Shown in pieces: positions 7,954 through 18,158 of a stretch of DNA of 64,000 nt. Position 1 is the first letter of the stretch; each line of letters opens with the position of its first letter. The DNA comes from Candidatus Poribacteria bacterium. Lineage in GTDB: Bacteria > Poribacteria > WGA-4E > WGA-3G. A program made the translations under genes and the position numbers. The DNA is taken from NCBI GenBank assembly GCA_022825825.1, contig JAJDWA010000023.1, positions 12,707 through 76,706 on the forward strand, written 5' to 3'. The notes under the pieces were generated by a model that had not been told where the DNA came from, ran no database searches, and saw nothing but the letters and a program-made list of their open reading frames with translations.

Positions 7954-9917
7954 CGATAGTCCTCGTGAATCCAAGGATTTGCTAACTTTCTACGCGCCGC
8001 AAACCAATTATCATACGCTTTCCCTTTCTTACCTTGAAGAAGTGTCTGATAACGTTGTGACTTTTGAACAGGATCCGTTCGGAACAACTCTACATCCGGT
8101 TCTACGCGTTCAACTAATTCAATGATGTAAACTGACGAATCACCTGTAAATGGCCCACGGACATCGCCGACAGACATATTAAACGCAGCGAACATCACTT
8201 CCTTTGAATTGCCTACACCAGAAACGTAGTGGCTTCCGGCTGTCCGATTAAAAATCCCACTTTCTTGAACGGATTTTTGATCGGTAGTTGTCCCTTCAGG
8301 TGCTTTATATTTTTTGATTAAGTCATCCAACGACTCATTGTCCTTACGTTGGTTGAACAGGTTTTGTGCATCCGCTAAAGCACTCTCTTTCGCCTTTTTT
8401 TCCCGCAAGCCTCCTACGCCATCAATAACCTCTCCTTTAACGTCCTCGAATTTAGGAATGGCAGCAGGTTTTTTTCCAAGCACCGTAACAACAAAATAAG
8501 CTGTCACACCTCCCTGGAAATTTTTCGTTTCAATTGTTTTTGTTACACCGACTTCTATGTCAAAAACTTCTTCAGTAAATCCTCTAAATTGAAACGATGA
8601 TCCGATATTCGGAATTATGCTAACATCTTTACTGAAAAAATCTGTTTCCGACACTGCAAGTGACAGCTCCTTATACCTATCAAGTCCGACAGCAGTTTCA
8701 TAATCCTCAATTTCAATGTCAAAGAGAAGGTTTTCAGCAACTTCTTTTGCATTGTCCACGCCATTGAGCTGAACCAACTTGGTTCTGATTTCGCTTTCTA
8801 CTTCAAGAAAAGGTTTAAGAGTTGGTAAATGCTTTTCTTCCAATTGGATAATATGATATCCGAAAACGGTTTCAACAAGATCACTTACTTCGCCAGGTTT
8901 TAATATATCAAAACACGCTTCTTCAAAAGGTTTTACCATTTGCCCGCGCCCAAAATACTTGCCAGGAGGAAGGTCTGGGTTGCTATTCCCTAATGCACCG
9001 CCATCTGCACCAGAGGGTCCCTCTGAATGTGTTTTCGCCAAATCTGCAAACGATGTTCCAGCTGCCAATTCAGCTTTGACGGTTTTGAGTAGTTCTTCTG
9101 CAGCAGTTTTTGTTTCCGTTTTTTGTTCATCAGTGGCGTCATCTGGGAACTTTTTCAAGATATGCCGCGCTTTGACAAGCTCCTGAGTCATGAATTCGCT
9201 TTGATTTTCATTATAATAAGTTTCAACATCTGATTGTGAGACGAAGTCAGCAGGATTAATTTTAATGAATTTAATCTTTATCTGCTCATCGGTTTTATAA
9301 TCGTTTGCATTTTCCTGAAAAAACGTTACCGCTTCTGCATCATCTACATTAACAGTTGAAAGATAGTCGTTGTACCGAAATTCAATATATTTTACTTTTG
9401 CCTTGTCTGCCTCAAGCCGATAGTCTTGTTCTGCCTCTGTGTCGGTTATTAACTCAAGATTCTCGACATTATCCCGCAGTGCCGTTGAGCTAAGTTGGAG
9501 TTGTACATTCTGTTTATAGAACTCTGTTGCTCCCAATCTGTCATATTGGTTATACAGTTGAACTCTGCTTGCATCACTTCGGATATAATGTTCAACCTCT
9601 GCCTCACTAATATTTGCACTGCCTTCAATTGCCCGTTTGATCAAGAAATTAATAATAACCTTTTCTGTTTCTTTCTGGTCGGATGGACCGCTAAATCTTT
9701 GGTTCTGTTGGCGCCGCATCTCGTCTGAGACCATTCTTTCAAAAGCACCTCTTGTCACTTCGAAAGCATCGATTTTTAGAACGACTTCTGCCTCAGTTCC
9801 ATCTCTGCGTCCTCCACTTGAGCCGCTGTAAAGCATAATTGAGCCAATAACGAAGACAACCGCGATAACCCACATAAAGATTTGTGCTATAAATTTTTCC
9901 CGTAGAAAGATAATCAT
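7950..9917 (-). CDS. ppiD: periplasmic chaperone / peptidyl-prolyl isomerase, PpiD-like (N-terminal TM anchor, SurA-N-like domain, parvulin domain)
   Basis: N-terminal TM (IFMWVIAVVFVIGSIMLY). Parvulin signature VKARHILKKF...FGYHIIQLEEK. GAGGAG RBS. Confidence 0.8.
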   Translation of the reverse strand: MIIFLREKFIAQIFMWVIAVVFVIGSIMLYSGSSGGRRDGTEAEVVLKIDAFEVTRGAFERMVSDEMRRQQNQRFSGPSDQKETEKVIINFLIKRAIEGSANISEAEVEHYIRSDASRVQLYNQYDRLGATEFYKQNVQLQLSSTALRDNVENLELITDTEAEQDYRLEADKAKVKYIEFRYNDYLSTVNVDDAEAVTFFQENANDYKTDEQIKIKFIKINPADFVSQSDVETYYNENQSEFMTQELVKARHILKKFPDDATDEQKTETKTAAEELLKTVKAELAAGTSFADLAKTHSEGPSGADGGALGNSNPDLPPGKYFGRGQMVKPFEEACFDILKPGEVSDLVETVFGYHIIQLEEKHLPTLKPFLEVESEIRTKLVQLNGVDNAKEVAENLLFDIEIEDYETAVGLDRYKELSLAVSETDFFSKDVSIIPNIGSSFQFRGFTEEVFDIEVGVTKTIETKNFQGGVTAYFVVTVLGKKPAAIPKFEDVKGEVIDGVGGLREKKAKESALADAQNLFNQRKDNESLDDLIKKYKAPEGTTTDQKSVQESGIFNRTAGSHYVSGVGNSKEVMFAAFNMSVGDVRGPFTGDSSVYIIELVERVEPDVELFRTDPVQKSQRYQTLLQGKKGKAYDNWFAARRKLANPWIHEDYR

Positions 9918-10079
9918 CCGTAATCTTTTCTCCTCAATTTGAATTATACTTCTATTAATGATACTCTATAGAAGTAAAATTTTCAATAATTTTTTAGGAA
10001 CATCAAAGGTCGCTCGGACAGGAAGAGAATTTTGATAGAAGATCAGGACTATAGGGAATTGAATGGCTCTGATTAAATT

Positions 10080-10108
10080 TTGACATTAACCATCGGATAT
10101 GGTATCAT
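10080..10108 (+). promoter_or_regulatory. putative sigma70 promoter (extended -10) upstream of the LTD lipoprotein gene
   Basis: TTGACA (10080-10085), a 17-nt spacer ending in TGG, TATCAT (10103-10108). Confidence 0.4.
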
Positions 10109-10235
10109 TTATAATGTAACGACGTGCTAAACAGTGAACTCTTAAAATAATCAGTTTGTTGTTTTAAAGTTAGCTAATAAAGTCTATACTTTGGTTTATA
10201 TTATTGAAGTAAATTTAAAATAAGGAGTATATTGA

Positions 10236-10847
10236 ATGACAAAATTTCGAATCCTCTTAATTGTTTTTTTACTTGGCTGTGTTGTATTTGTATCTTGTGA
10301 ACGCGTGCCACAAATGTTGGAACCTCCTCCAATGGATCCCATAGATCCTCCAAAAATGATGGATCCCCCAGAAATGACGGATCCCGTTATAGACGGATCC
10401 CCTGTGGTAATTAACGAACTGATGGCAGATAACGACAATACCATCGCTGATCCGCAAGGCGACTATGACGACTGGCTTGAGCTGCACAATCTTACCGATA
10501 TGGCGTTACCGTTAACGGGACTGTATCTGAGTGACAAAGAAGACAATCCTACAAAATGGCAATTTCCTGAAGGCACAGAGATTCCAGCAAATGGATATTT
10601 AATCGTGTGGTTAGATGAAGATCATGATGACGAAAATGCTACCGAAGGCCTGCATGCCAACTTCAAATTGTCTAAAGGTGGTGAAACGGCGATGCTTGTA
10701 GATACCGACGCACGCGGCAATCAAGTGCTGGATAGCATTACATTTGAAGAGCAAGAGACAGACGTTGCCTTTGGGCGCTGGCCAAATGGCGCTGGCGATT
10801 TCCAAGTTGTACTGCCAACGCCAGGCGAGGCAAATAAAGCAGAATAA
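10236..10847 (+). CDS. lamin-tail-domain (LTD) lipoprotein
   Basis: Lipobox FLLGC. Pro/Met/Asp-rich linker (PPPMDPIDPPKMMDPPEMTDP). Then VVINELMADN...DWLELHN...IPANGYLIVW, typical of LTD/PF00932. Confidence 0.75.
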   Translation: MTKFRILLIVFLLGCVVFVSCERVPQMLEPPPMDPIDPPKMMDPPEMTDPVIDGSPVVINELMADNDNTIADPQGDYDDWLELHNLTDMALPLTGLYLSDKEDNPTKWQFPEGTEIPANGYLIVWLDEDHDDENATEGLHANFKLSKGGETAMLVDTDARGNQVLDSITFEEQETDVAFGRWPNGAGDFQVVLPTPGEANKAE

Positions 10848-10962
10848 CGACTAAGCTTGAAAATAAGACTGGGAGATTGGAAGAGACAAGATCGTTATTT
10901 TCCTTCCTTTCTTTCCGGTCTTTTTAAATATAGAATTGATTTGCTAATATTGACTAAAGAGG

Positions 10963-12342
10963 ATGAATCAATTGAGATTTTTGGCACATACTGGATCAAT
11001 ACATGTAAGGGACCAAAGGTTAAATTCTCGAATTATCCCAATTATCAGTCTGATTCTTTTTACATCTGTGTTCTTTTTTGGGCATCATCAGATTGCATTT
11101 GCTCAAACCGTCCATATTCCTGACCCCAACCTCCGTGCTGCCCTTGAATTGGCTTTGAACAAAGATGTTGGCGCTGACATAACCCAGGCGGATATGGCAA
11201 GTTTGGAATCGTTTGATGCGTTTAATTCCGACATTCTTGATCTGACAGGACTTGAGTTTGCTACTAATCTGATAGAATTACATCTCGGTCTCAACCAGAT
11301 ATCAGACATCTCACCACTCAAAAATCTAACAAAGCTGACATACCTCGATCTTCATCGTAATCGGAATATATCTGATATATCCCCGCTAAAAAATTTAACA
11401 AACTTGATACACCTTTCCCTTAGAGGCAACCGAATATCTGATGTATCACCCCTAAAAGACTTGGCAAAACTTACATACCTGCATATCGGGTACAACATAA
11501 TTTCAGATATATCACCTTTCAAAAATTTGAAAGCACTTACATTTCTCAACCTTGATCAAAACAAGTTATTAGATATATCCTTACTCAAAAATCTAAATAA
11601 TCTGACAGAACTGCACCTCGATGACAATAAAATCTTTGATATATCCCCGCTCAAAGATTTGACAAATCTCACATTTTTGAATATTAACGATAATCAGATA
11701 TCAGATATATCGTCACTCAAAAATTTGACAAACTTAACAGATATGAATCTTCACGGAAATCAAATTTCGGATGGAAGTCCACTTAAAGGCTTGACGAAAC
11801 TGAAAGTCCTGAGATTTCATGAGAACCGAATATCAGATATATCCCCACTCAAAAATTTAACTAATCTGAAAACCTTGTTGCTATATGCGAACCAAATTTC
11901 TGATGTGTCCCCACTCAAAGATTTGACTCAACTCAAAAAACTTGATCTTCATGACAATCAGATATCAGATATATCACCACTCAAAGATTTAATAAATTTG
12001 ACCTATCTGGATATTAGTAGAAATTATATTTTGGATTTCTCGCCCATTGCAGGCTTAATAGGAAACTTAGTAAAATATTATAACAGTAACCAAAAAGAAC
12101 CAACTACTGAACCTGCAGACGTCAACCGTGATGGAGTTGTAAATATAATAGACCTTGTGTTAGCCGCATCTCACTTTGGCACCTCCGATTTGGCGTCACT
12201 TGCACAGATAAACATCTATCCGGATGTCAATGAGGATGGGGTTGTGGACATCAGAGACTTGGTCGTTATCGCTGCAAAGATAAGCCCCGCAGCTGCACCA
12301 ACACTCAACGAAAACTCCGTGGAAACCACGAATGTAAATTAA
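10963..12342 (+). CDS. secreted leucine-rich-repeat (internalin-like 22-aa LRR) protein with a C-terminal dockerin-type Ca-binding pair
   Basis: About 12 repeats of LxxLxLxxNxISDISPLKNLTNLT. C-terminus has DVNRDGVVNIIDL...DVNEDGVVDIRDL (type I dockerin-like). Confidence 0.85.
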   Translation: MNQLRFLAHTGSIHVRDQRLNSRIIPIISLILFTSVFFFGHHQIAFAQTVHIPDPNLRAALELALNKDVGADITQADMASLESFDAFNSDILDLTGLEFATNLIELHLGLNQISDISPLKNLTKLTYLDLHRNRNISDISPLKNLTNLIHLSLRGNRISDVSPLKDLAKLTYLHIGYNIISDISPFKNLKALTFLNLDQNKLLDISLLKNLNNLTELHLDDNKIFDISPLKDLTNLTFLNINDNQISDISSLKNLTNLTDMNLHGNQISDGSPLKGLTKLKVLRFHENRISDISPLKNLTNLKTLLLYANQISDVSPLKDLTQLKKLDLHDNQISDISPLKDLINLTYLDISRNYILDFSPIAGLIGNLVKYYNSNQKEPTTEPADVNRDGVVNIIDLVLAASHFGTSDLASLAQINIYPDVNEDGVVDIRDLVVIAAKISPAAAPTLNENSVETTNVN

Positions 12343-12357
12343 AAGGAGTATAAATTC

Positions 12358-14562
12358 TTGAAACCTTACATACCTAATAAATTAACATGCACATACCCTT
12401 TAAGCTGGAACTCGGTCCCTTTCTATGTCATTATTCCTATTTTCGCAATGTGCGCGATCTTTTTCGTGCCGATCAGAACAACATCTGCACAGACTATCGA
12501 CATCCCGGACCTCAAACTCCGTAGTGCTCTTGAGTTAGCATTAGACAAGGAGGCTGGTGCCGACATAACTCAGGCGGACATGGCGAGTTTGCAAATATTT
12601 GATGCGTATGAATCCGGTATTCGCGATCTAACCGGTATGGAGTTTGCTATTAATTTGACAGAACTACATCTTGCTCGAAACCGTATAGTCGATGTGTCGC
12701 CCCTCAAAAATTTGACGAATTTGACAGTTCTGGATCTTTACCGCCACGATCTTACCCGCACATATAGAAAAATTTCCGATGTGTCGCCTCTCAGTGCTTT
12801 GACAAACCTGCAAGTGCTAAATCTTAGAGGTAATCGTATTACAGATGTGTCGCCCTTCAAAAACATGCCAAACCTGACATATCTGCGTCTTGGATACAAT
12901 ATCAATTTATCAGACATCTCGCCACTCAAAGATTTGACAAACCTGGAATACCTTGATCTTGAAACAAACATGGTATCTGATGTGTCCCCACTCAAAGATT
13001 TAACGAATCTCACTGAACTGGACCTTGATGAAAACAAGGTTTCGGATGTATCTCCGCTCAAGGATTTAATTAAACTGATAGTACTGGATATTTCCGACAA
13101 CGAAATATCGGATATATCTCCGCTCAAGAATTTGAAAAATATGGGGAATTTTGATCTTGACGACAATCAGATACCTGACGTGTCTCCCTTAAAAGATATG
13201 ACAAAACTTTGGCGTTTGGATGCCCATAACAATTTGATTTCGGATATATCTCCGCTCAAAGATTTGAAAAATCTGAGAGTGCTAAAACTTCATAAAAACG
13301 AGATATCAGACATATCGTCAATCGAGAATATGGTATTTATGACAGTGCTGGACCTTGATGGTAACAAGATAACAGATATATCGCCACTGAAAAACATGAT
13401 AAGAATGCGAAATCTGGACCTTGATGAAAATCGGATATCTGATGTATCCCCACTCAAAGACATGACAAGAATCCTAATCCTTGATCTTCACGAAAACAGC
13501 ATATCGGATATTTCCCCACTGAAAAACATGACGAATCTTACAGAATTGGATCTTGACGACAACAGGATATCAGATATATCCGCACTTAAGGATATGATAA
13601 ATCTGGCAATCCTCGATTTAGATGGTAACCAGATATTAAGTATTTCTCCACTGAGAAATTTGACAAATTTGGTTGAACTGGATCTGCACGACAATCAGAT
13701 ATTAGGTATTACTCACCTCAAAAACATGATAAATCTACAAATCCTGGATGTTTCCGATAACAAGATATCGGATGTGTCTCCACTCATGGCTCTGATAAAC
13801 CTGAAAATGCTTGATCTTAGTAGCAACCATATATCTGATTTTTCTCCGATTGCCGGGTTGATAGAGAATTTACTTCAATATGATAACAGCAATCAAACGC
13901 TTCTGACCTACAAACCGGCGGATGCAAATCGCGATGGTGTTGTCAATATAATAGATTTGGTATCAGTCGCATCCAACTTTGAGGACCCCGACTTAGCGGC
14001 ACTTGCACAGATGAACATCTATCCAGATGTCAATGATGATGGTGTTGTGGATATCAGAGATTTGGTCGCTGTTGCGACAGAGATAAATTCAGCTGCTGCA
14101 CCGACACTCAGCAAAAACTCCGCTGAAATCGCTAATCTGACAACTGAGCATCTCACACAGTGGATACAGCTTGCCAAGCAGCTTGATACGCACGATCCAC
14201 AGACACAAAAAGGGATTACTGTCTTGGAGCAACTCTTAGCGAACCTTACTTTGACAGAGACACTACCGAAAGAGACAGCACTGTTGGTGAACTATCCAAA
14301 TCCATTCAATCCTGAGACTTGGATACCTTATCAGCTGGCAAAGCCAGCATTAGTTGCTATCTCAATTTATTCTGCAGATGGAAAACTCATTAGAACATTG
14401 GAGTTAGGACAAGTACCTACAGGTGTATATCATCGCAAATCTCGTGCGGCATATTGGGATGGGCGGAATGAGTTGGGAGAACCTGTAGCAAGTGGAATAT
14501 ACTTCTATACGCTCACTGCTGATGATTTTACAGCTACCCGAAAAATGATCATACGGAAGTAA
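12358..14562 (+). CDS. secreted LRR protein with a dockerin-type pair and a T9SS/Por-type C-terminal sorting domain
   Basis: TTG start 9 nt after AAGGAG. About 19 LRRs. DANRDGVVNIIDL...DVNDDGVVDIRDL. C-terminus NYPNPFNPETWIPYQL...SGIYFYTLTADDFTATRKMIIRK matches the TIGR04183-like sorting domain. Confidence 0.85.
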   Translation: MKPYIPNKLTCTYPLSWNSVPFYVIIPIFAMCAIFFVPIRTTSAQTIDIPDLKLRSALELALDKEAGADITQADMASLQIFDAYESGIRDLTGMEFAINLTELHLARNRIVDVSPLKNLTNLTVLDLYRHDLTRTYRKISDVSPLSALTNLQVLNLRGNRITDVSPFKNMPNLTYLRLGYNINLSDISPLKDLTNLEYLDLETNMVSDVSPLKDLTNLTELDLDENKVSDVSPLKDLIKLIVLDISDNEISDISPLKNLKNMGNFDLDDNQIPDVSPLKDMTKLWRLDAHNNLISDISPLKDLKNLRVLKLHKNEISDISSIENMVFMTVLDLDGNKITDISPLKNMIRMRNLDLDENRISDVSPLKDMTRILILDLHENSISDISPLKNMTNLTELDLDDNRISDISALKDMINLAILDLDGNQILSISPLRNLTNLVELDLHDNQILGITHLKNMINLQILDVSDNKISDVSPLMALINLKMLDLSSNHISDFSPIAGLIENLLQYDNSNQTLLTYKPADANRDGVVNIIDLVSVASNFEDPDLAALAQMNIYPDVNDDGVVDIRDLVAVATEINSAAAPTLSKNSAEIANLTTEHLTQWIQLAKQLDTHDPQTQKGITVLEQLLANLTLTETLPKETALLVNYPNPFNPETWIPYQLAKPALVAISIYSADGKLIRTLELGQVPTGVYHRKSRAAYWDGRNELGEPVASGIYFYTLTADDFTATRKMIIRK

Positions 14563-14734
14563 CCTAAGGGAATACTGAAACCGTATAAATTCATGATAAT
14601 TGAACAGTGGATTTGGTTTGGAAAAGGATCAAATCAATTCTCTACAGACATTTAGTCTGCGATTTTTTGAAGAAAATCTGCAGACATTACAACAAACAAA
14701 ACGACTTGCAGTCCTGAAATAAAAGGCAGAGAAT

Positions 14735-15730
14735 ATGAAAAAAAACGCATTGGTTACTGGTGGAGCAGGCTTCATGGGTGCGCACGTCGTCAATGAATTG
14801 CTTCGCGACGGTGACCGGACAGTTGTTGTACTTGACGACATAAGCGGTGGATTTCGTGAAAATGTCAACCCAAACGCAACATTTGTCGAAGGAAGCATAC
14901 TTGATGTGCCACTAATAAACCGACTCTGTGAGCAGTATAATTTTAACTATATTTACCATCTTGCGGCGTATGCAGCAGAAGGATTAAGCCATTTCATCAA
15001 ACGATTTAACTATCAAAATAACCTTATCGGTAGCGTCAACCTGATAAACGCCGCAGTTAACTATAATGTGAAACGTTTTGTATTTACCTCTTCCATCGCT
15101 GTTTATGGCGAAAACCAACTTCCAATGCATGAAGGACTCATACCGATGCCCGAAGATTCTTACGGTATCGCCAAATATGCTGTGGAACAGGAATTGAACG
15201 TTTCTAAACGACTCTTTGACTTGGATTACACCATTTTTCGACCACACAATGTCTACGGAGAACTTCAGAATATTAGTGATAAGTATCGCAATGTTATCGG
15301 CATCTTCATGAATAAAATTATGCAGGATGAACCTTTAATCATATTTGGCGATGGAGAACAGACGCGCGCGTTTACACATATTGCAGATGTCGCACCGCAT
15401 ATCGCACGCTGCGTAGATATACCAGAAACCTCATGTGAAGTTTTCAATGTCGGTTCAGATAAACATGTTTCTGTCAATGAATTAGCACATCTCGTCATGA
15501 CAGCCATGGAAAAGGAGGCACCTGTAAAACATCTTCGAGAAAGGGAAGAGGTGAAGCATGCCTATTGCACACATGAAAAATTCCACAAGGTTTTTGGGGA
15601 AACGTCACAGGTTTCACTTCCAGAAGGTTTAGGTAGAATGGCAGCATGGGCAAAATCTGTCGGTTCGCGGGATTCTACCTTATTTAAGGGCATTGAAATT
15701 CGCAAAAACCTACCTGAAGGTTGGAAATAA
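14735..15730 (+). CDS. NAD-dependent nucleotide-sugar epimerase/dehydratase (extended SDR)
   Basis: VTGGAGFMGAHVV Rossmann motif and YGIAKYAVE (YxxxK). Confidence 0.9.
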   Translation: MKKNALVTGGAGFMGAHVVNELLRDGDRTVVVLDDISGGFRENVNPNATFVEGSILDVPLINRLCEQYNFNYIYHLAAYAAEGLSHFIKRFNYQNNLIGSVNLINAAVNYNVKRFVFTSSIAVYGENQLPMHEGLIPMPEDSYGIAKYAVEQELNVSKRLFDLDYTIFRPHNVYGELQNISDKYRNVIGIFMNKIMQDEPLIIFGDGEQTRAFTHIADVAPHIARCVDIPETSCEVFNVGSDKHVSVNELAHLVMTAMEKEAPVKHLREREEVKHAYCTHEKFHKVFGETSQVSLPEGLGRMAAWAKSVGSRDSTLFKGIEIRKNLPEGWK

Positions 15731-15754
15731 CCTTCGTCTCTGACCTGAATTGCC

Positions 15755-17071
15755 ATGGTGAAAAAACTCCTACGGCACAATACCTTTTGGGTAATGGCGA
15801 TTACCTCCGCTGGAATGGGATTGAGTCTACTCGTCCGTGCTATCTTGATTCCGAAACGGTTCGATATTGGCATAACATCAGACGCACTCATTACCGCATT
15901 AAAAGTTGTCCTGTTAGTCGATACAGTGGTACGAGAAGGTGCTAAGTTTAGTCTTGTTCCACTTTTTATCACATGTGAAAAGGAGATGACGGATACAGAA
16001 TACCAGCGTTTTACAAATAGTCTCCTCAATTTTTTGCTCTGTGTTGGCTTAGGCATATTTATCCTAATTGAACTGTGCGCCCCTTGGATTGTGAGGGCAT
16101 TATCGTCAACTATTGATGGGCAGAAGACGACGGTACTGTTGCGATTATGTGCGCCATTGATTATCTTTGGATTCGGCAGCACAGTACTTGGGGCGTTGCT
16201 AAACAGTCGGCAACATTTTAAAACAGTGGCACTCCGAAACGCACTACCCCCTGGTGCCGCCGCGGCAGTATTTCTACTACTATGGAATACAGAGAACTTG
16301 GAAAACTGGATTGCAGCCGCATATACGGGGGGTTTTATCTTATACTTTGGATGGTTGTGTATCGGAATGTCCCGAATAGGATATCGGTTTCAGTTTGAAG
16401 GAATCTCTTTGGACACGCTGCGTTCTTTGAGAAATACGGTTACTTTACCAACGCTCGGTTTCACTGTTAGGCAAGTTACAAACCGCTTATTGGTTGAAGT
16501 GTCCCTTGTCTCACAACTTGGAAGTGGAGCGGTTACGCTCTATGAATGCGCTTTTAGGATTTTCTCTGCATTACAGACACTCATCGGGATTAGTATTGCT
16601 ACAACTGGTTTGCCCGATATGTCAACTCAGGATGTGGAAGATAATCAACTCAAATTGAGACGCACACTCAATCGAAACATAGCAATAGCATTTTGCATCG
16701 CACTTCCAGTGACATTGCTACTCCTTTTGAGTCACACAAAAATAGTCTCGCTTTTGTATACAGGAAATAAATTTGATCAGGCGTCAATTCAACAGATAGC
16801 CAAAGTGCTTTTCTGGCTCAGCACAGGTTTGGTATTTTCTTGTTTAATACCAGTACTAAATGCTGGACTCTATGCCCAAAAAGCGTATCGTCTCATTTTT
16901 AGAAACATGGTAACAATGGCAGTTTTGAATTTTGCCCTGGCCTATGGATTTGTTAAAGCATGGGGACTTCTTGGTATTGCTTTAGCCGTTTCAGTCACAG
17001 CAGTTCTTGCTGTTGTAAATTTGACATATTTACTTCGAAAAACCAAAATTGTCTTGCTACAACGAGGTTAA
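15755..17071 (+). CDS. MOP-superfamily oligosaccharide flippase (MurJ/Wzx-like)
   Basis: 438 aa, about 12 TM. The N-terminus resembles MurJ/MviN (...LLVRAILIPKRFDIGITSDALITALKV...). Confidence 0.7.
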   Translation: MVKKLLRHNTFWVMAITSAGMGLSLLVRAILIPKRFDIGITSDALITALKVVLLVDTVVREGAKFSLVPLFITCEKEMTDTEYQRFTNSLLNFLLCVGLGIFILIELCAPWIVRALSSTIDGQKTTVLLRLCAPLIIFGFGSTVLGALLNSRQHFKTVALRNALPPGAAAAVFLLLWNTENLENWIAAAYTGGFILYFGWLCIGMSRIGYRFQFEGISLDTLRSLRNTVTLPTLGFTVRQVTNRLLVEVSLVSQLGSGAVTLYECAFRIFSALQTLIGISIATTGLPDMSTQDVEDNQLKLRRTLNRNIAIAFCIALPVTLLLLLSHTKIVSLLYTGNKFDQASIQQIAKVLFWLSTGLVFSCLIPVLNAGLYAQKAYRLIFRNMVTMAVLNFALAYGFVKAWGLLGIALAVSVTAVLAVVNLTYLLRKTKIVLLQRG

Positions 17072-17140
17072 AACATGACTTTAGTTGACTTGAAACCTAA
17101 ATGACGGCAAAATGCATCGGTTTTAATTCTGGGCGAATTT

Positions 17141-18112
17141 ATGAACACTCCTACAAAAAAAGTCAGCGATTACCGTTATCTCATTGTAGGTGGGACAACT
17201 AAGGCGGCTACTACGTCCTTGTTTGCATATCTCGCAGACCATCCCACAATTTGCGGAGCTACATATAAAGAAACACGATTTTTCCTCCACAGTGATTATC
17301 CGCTACCCTCAAAATACCGATACAGTGGAGATTTAGAGGAATACAATCTTTTGTTTCCGCTTTGTGATGAAGATCAAGTCCGCCTCGATTCAACACCGGA
17401 TTATCTGTATTGCCGACATGCGCTTGAACGAATTGCGAAATTTTTACCGCATACCAAATTAGTCTTTAGCCTTCGCGAACCAATTTCACGGTTAATCTCA
17501 TGGTATCGGTTCGCGAAACAGATCGGAAAATTGCGACAAGACCTCAGTTTTGATGCTTATGTAAAAAAACTTTTTGATGTAGAAAAACAATTTCAAATGG
17601 ACAGAGTGACCACAGATGAAAAGCCTATTCATGAACAGTATATGCAAGTACTTAGGCAAGGGTGTTATGCAATCTATCTGAAGGATTATTTTAAAGAATT
17701 TGGGGCAAACCGTCTCTATATCCTCTTTTATGAAGACCTTGCTGCGGACCCTTCAAAAGTTCTTACAGACTTATGCCACTTTGCTGGTATAGATGCTAAA
17801 TTTTACGAGGACTACGTGTTTAAAGTCGCGAATCGTACCGAAACGATGAAAAATGCTGAGTTTCATAAAAAGTATAGAGACATAAGATTTCGTTTACGTC
17901 AGTGGACACATAATAAACCGGTAATTCACAATCCATTAAAATTATTGAGACGAACAATTGAACCGCTCTATCTCAGATTAAACACACGTCCTACCGAGAA
18001 CGTCCACATGTCAGAAGGGACACGAAACCAATTGACAAATTACTACAAGAGCGATGTTAATAACCTTGCAAAATTAATCGGCAAAGCACCGCCTTGGGAA
18101 CCGTTTTCTTAG
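17141..18112 (+). CDS. sulfotransferase (PAPS-dependent family)
   Basis: 5'-PSB loop IVGGTTKAATTSL. 3'-PB region SLREPISRLISWY. Confidence 0.85.
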   Translation: MNTPTKKVSDYRYLIVGGTTKAATTSLFAYLADHPTICGATYKETRFFLHSDYPLPSKYRYSGDLEEYNLLFPLCDEDQVRLDSTPDYLYCRHALERIAKFLPHTKLVFSLREPISRLISWYRFAKQIGKLRQDLSFDAYVKKLFDVEKQFQMDRVTTDEKPIHEQYMQVLRQGCYAIYLKDYFKEFGANRLYILFYEDLAADPSKVLTDLCHFAGIDAKFYEDYVFKVANRTETMKNAEFHKKYRDIRFRLRQWTHNKPVIHNPLKLLRRTIEPLYLRLNTRPTENVHMSEGTRNQLTNYYKSDVNNLAKLIGKAPPWEPFS

Positions 18113-18158
18113 GTGTTGTAAGACAATTCATCCTGTTTTCTGTTCGAGGAGATTCGTT

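Noticed and set aside
12100-12300. Dockerin pairs as evidence for a cellulosome
   Set aside because: No cohesin, scaffoldin or attached carbohydrate-active catalytic module is present. These are only the Ca-binding double loops.
11250-13850. Regular ~66-bp periodicity that could superficially suggest a CRISPR-like array
   Set aside because: The repeats are degenerate, contiguous (no unique spacers) and in frame, and they encode 22-aa LRR units. The long antisense ORFs (11352-11549, 12738-13166, 13488-13694) are repeat shadows.
15562-16182. 206-aa minus-strand ORF spanning the epimerase/flippase junction
   Set aside because: It overlaps two well-supported plus-strand genes and has no motif support.
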